Positions 61,675 through 64,000 of a DNA stretch of 64,000 bases are shown in pieces. Numbering within the stretch: position 1 is the stretch's first letter; each line of letters begins with the position of its first letter. Source of the stretch: Phoronis australis (lineage: Eukaryota; Animalia; Phoronida); the NCBI GenBank assembly GCA_002633005.1, contig NMRA01000574.1, forward strand, positions 205,485 to 269,484. The letters run 5' to 3'. The position numbers were made by a program, and so were the translations under genes. Under the pieces are notes generated by a model. That model saw only the letters and a program-made list of their open reading frames with translations. It was not told where the DNA came from and searched no databases.

Positions 61675-63162
61675 TCAGAAGACTGTGTCCTGCATACACA
61701 GGGTACTCGTGGGTATGAGTTCTTGATCTTGCTCAACAGCCTCAGTCACCTGGCCCCTATGACCATGTTTCTTAGCATGTGTCGCCAAAGCCCTCTTTCT
61801 AATGAATTTGGCATTACAGACTTCGCACTTGTATGGCCTCTCCCCAGTGTGCAGCCGTTTGTGAATGGTGTTGAGATAAGAGGCCGAGGTGAACGTTTTG
61901 GAGCAGATGCGGCAATCGTGCTGGGGTCGAGTCTTGTCATGGGTCTTCCTGTGGTGGTTCAGGTCGGAGTTGTCAAAGAAACTCTGCCCACACACATCAC
62001 ATATCGCCTTGTAGATTCCCAAGTGAACTTTCTGCTCATGCCTCGTCAGTGAGAATTTATTGGAGAATGTTTTACCGCATTGTTTACACTCCACAGCTGC
62101 GAACTCACCTTGCTTCATGTGAACACCCAAGATGTGTTTCTTAAGACTGCTCTTGTTTGCACACGCTAACCCACACAGAGCGCATCTTCCGTAAGGTTCT
62201 CTTTTCGGGAGTTTCTTCGCGTCATGAGACTTGACGTGAAGCTTGCACTTAGTGCTATTATAAAACGACATGCCACAAATGGGACAGAAGTGGTTTTGTA
62301 TTTTAAGATGAACCCTTCGGACATGAGCCCGCAAGATAAACTTGTCACGTTTAACTTCATTACACACAGCGCACCTCACTGGCATGAGTGGGTGCGCACA
62401 CTCATTACCTCCCCTTTTGGATGCAATTTTCTTAATTGCGATTTCCTCAACTGGAGAATTCGAATAACCACACTTTGCAGAATGTATTGAATATTTCTCT
62501 TCTTCCTCAAACTCCATGTAACAAAATTCACACTTGTAGATACCCTTCTTCGCGGCATCCAAAATGGCAGCATACGTCGTCTTCGTCAACTGATGGCGCT
62601 TTCTGATGGCAACACTTTTTGCATGAACTGAATGCTCTGGTACTTCAAAACTAGTTCTTCTTGTGCGAGACTGACTAGCTGCAGGTGAGACATGCGAGGT
62701 TATTTCAGGCAAACTTTTATTTGCAGAGCAACTATTGACGGATGGCTTAACAAGTTTAATAACTGTAGCTTTACTATGATGCTTTAATGACTGACTTTGA
62801 AATGTATGTTCTCCACTGCCACCATCTTGATTGACACTTGCCCTGATCACCCTTACCACCTTAATGGGGGTCTCATTTGTTTCGTGTACTGTGCTCTCAA
62901 TCACATTTACATTTGTGCTAACCCTCCTTTCCATTCTAACTACAATGATTTTATGGGAAGAGCTGTTCAACGCATGAACATTTGAAGTGGGTTCAAAAGT
63001 AGGTGGCGTCCTCTTTTGGGTACTGCTAACAGCGTTGAAACTTGGTTTCAAAGTCAGGACATTCGCAATAGCTTCGGCATTGCCTTGGTTGATTGCGTAA
63101 GTGTCCGCACGTTGTGGTTGCAGACCACAGTGTAGCCCAAATGGTTCATCTGTGGAATCCAT
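61675..63162 (-). CDS. C2H2 zinc-finger protein, 495 aa, single coding exon (7 C2H2 plus 1 C2HC finger)
   Basis: Long ORF with tandem CxxC..HxxxxH fingers and an HTGERPYKC linker; splice acceptor at 63183-63184 with an in-frame TAA before the ATG. Confidence 0.92.
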   Translation of the reverse strand: MDSTDEPFGLHCGLQPQRADTYAINQGNAEAIANVLTLKPSFNAVSSTQKRTPPTFEPTSNVHALNSSSHKIIVVRMERRVSTNVNVIESTVHETNETPIKVVRVIRASVNQDGGSGEHTFQSQSLKHHSKATVIKLVKPSVNSCSANKSLPEITSHVSPAASQSRTRRTSFEVPEHSVHAKSVAIRKRHQLTKTTYAAILDAAKKGIYKCEFCYMEFEEEEKYSIHSAKCGYSNSPVEEIAIKKIASKRGGNECAHPLMPVRCAVCNEVKRDKFILRAHVRRVHLKIQNHFCPICGMSFYNSTKCKLHVKSHDAKKLPKREPYGRCALCGLACANKSSLKKHILGVHMKQGEFAAVECKQCGKTFSNKFSLTRHEQKVHLGIYKAICDVCGQSFFDNSDLNHHRKTHDKTRPQHDCRICSKTFTSASYLNTIHKRLHTGERPYKCEVCNAKFIRKRALATHAKKHGHRGQVTEAVEQDQELIPTSTLCMQDTVF

Positions 63163-64000
63163 GAGATGGATGCTTTATAGCTCTGAAACAAGAAATAAAT
63201 AAGTTCCTAAGAAGCATGAAAAGTTAGTGCCAAATGTTTTGAGGCAACAGCCAAACGTCAGATTGAGTGAGTTTCAAAAATATAAAATGAGAACTTAAAA
63301 TAAAAGATAGAAATTTTAACAACTGTTTGGGATCTCTCGTAATCACTGGTAGAAAAGCATGCACGAGCAGTGAAGAAAACATCCTGAGCATAGTTGCTCT
63401 TTTTATCAAGATTACACAGGCTTATGTGAGCGATATCTATACAGTAAAGGTTGCAAATATCAGACATCTATGTCAGATTTTCGCATAACAGGACGAAGTT
63501 CTACGGTATATATAAGCCCACTTTTACCTTACTTGGTATGGTGGTTACTGAAGATGATTCCTAGGATTTTGTGTGGAACAACAGATTAAAGTAGTTTGTG
63601 ATACCAATAAGTTGTTTTCGAAAGACATATATGGAAAATTGTCGTTTTGTTGATGATTCAGGTAAATTTTGTCAGGACAAAGGTTGCAGAGCACCATAGT
63701 TAGTTTTTTAAACCAGAGCAATTCTCCCAGTTTTGGAACATGGTAATTTTTGACTAAGGTGCAACTAGTTCGAATGTGAATTTGAGGTATGAGGCAGATG
63801 GTGCAGGTGGTCTGATACACATTGCATCAGACGTGTGCTGGCTGCTCGGCCAAGCCCATTGCACCATTCAAGGGCCTAGGAGTGGGGTCTAGTGGGATTT
63901 GAACCTACGACCTTGTGAACAAAAAATGCAAATTTTAAAGAAATGTCTCCATGGCTCCAAGCAGCTCCTAAAATGATTTTTGGTCGTGCCCATTGGGTGG

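Overview
This is AT-rich animal (probably marine invertebrate) genomic DNA with spliceosomal introns and two N gaps; it is not prokaryotic. Bases 1-14.5 kb are a nest of decayed transposons, all on the minus strand: two partial copies of a Ginger-type (KRBA2/SCAND3-like) integrase element carrying Ulp1-protease and PHD modules, two Mag-type Gypsy relics, an EnSpm/CACTA fragment, two BEL/Pao elements and a Copia sliver. A minus-strand LRRC74-like gene (LRR plus EF-hand) occupies 19.4-50.1 kb; I could splice it by hand into 12 phase-consistent coding exons (543 aa), with candidate alternative first and last exons. It lies head-to-head with a C18orf21/RMP24-like gene (50257-59049, 4 exons, 265 aa) whose first intron holds an antisense I/Ingi-group LINE. 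A single-coding-exon C2H2 zinc-finger gene follows at 61675-63162 (-). The most interesting unexplained signals are: two long palindromes each containing minimal hammerhead-ribozyme cores, one just downstream of the LRRC74 stop; a possible HDV-like ribozyme at the LINE 5' end; a circularly permuted single-LTR Gypsy junction; and the Ulp1/PHD-bearing Ginger array. All family calls come from motif recognition by eye; no database search was run.
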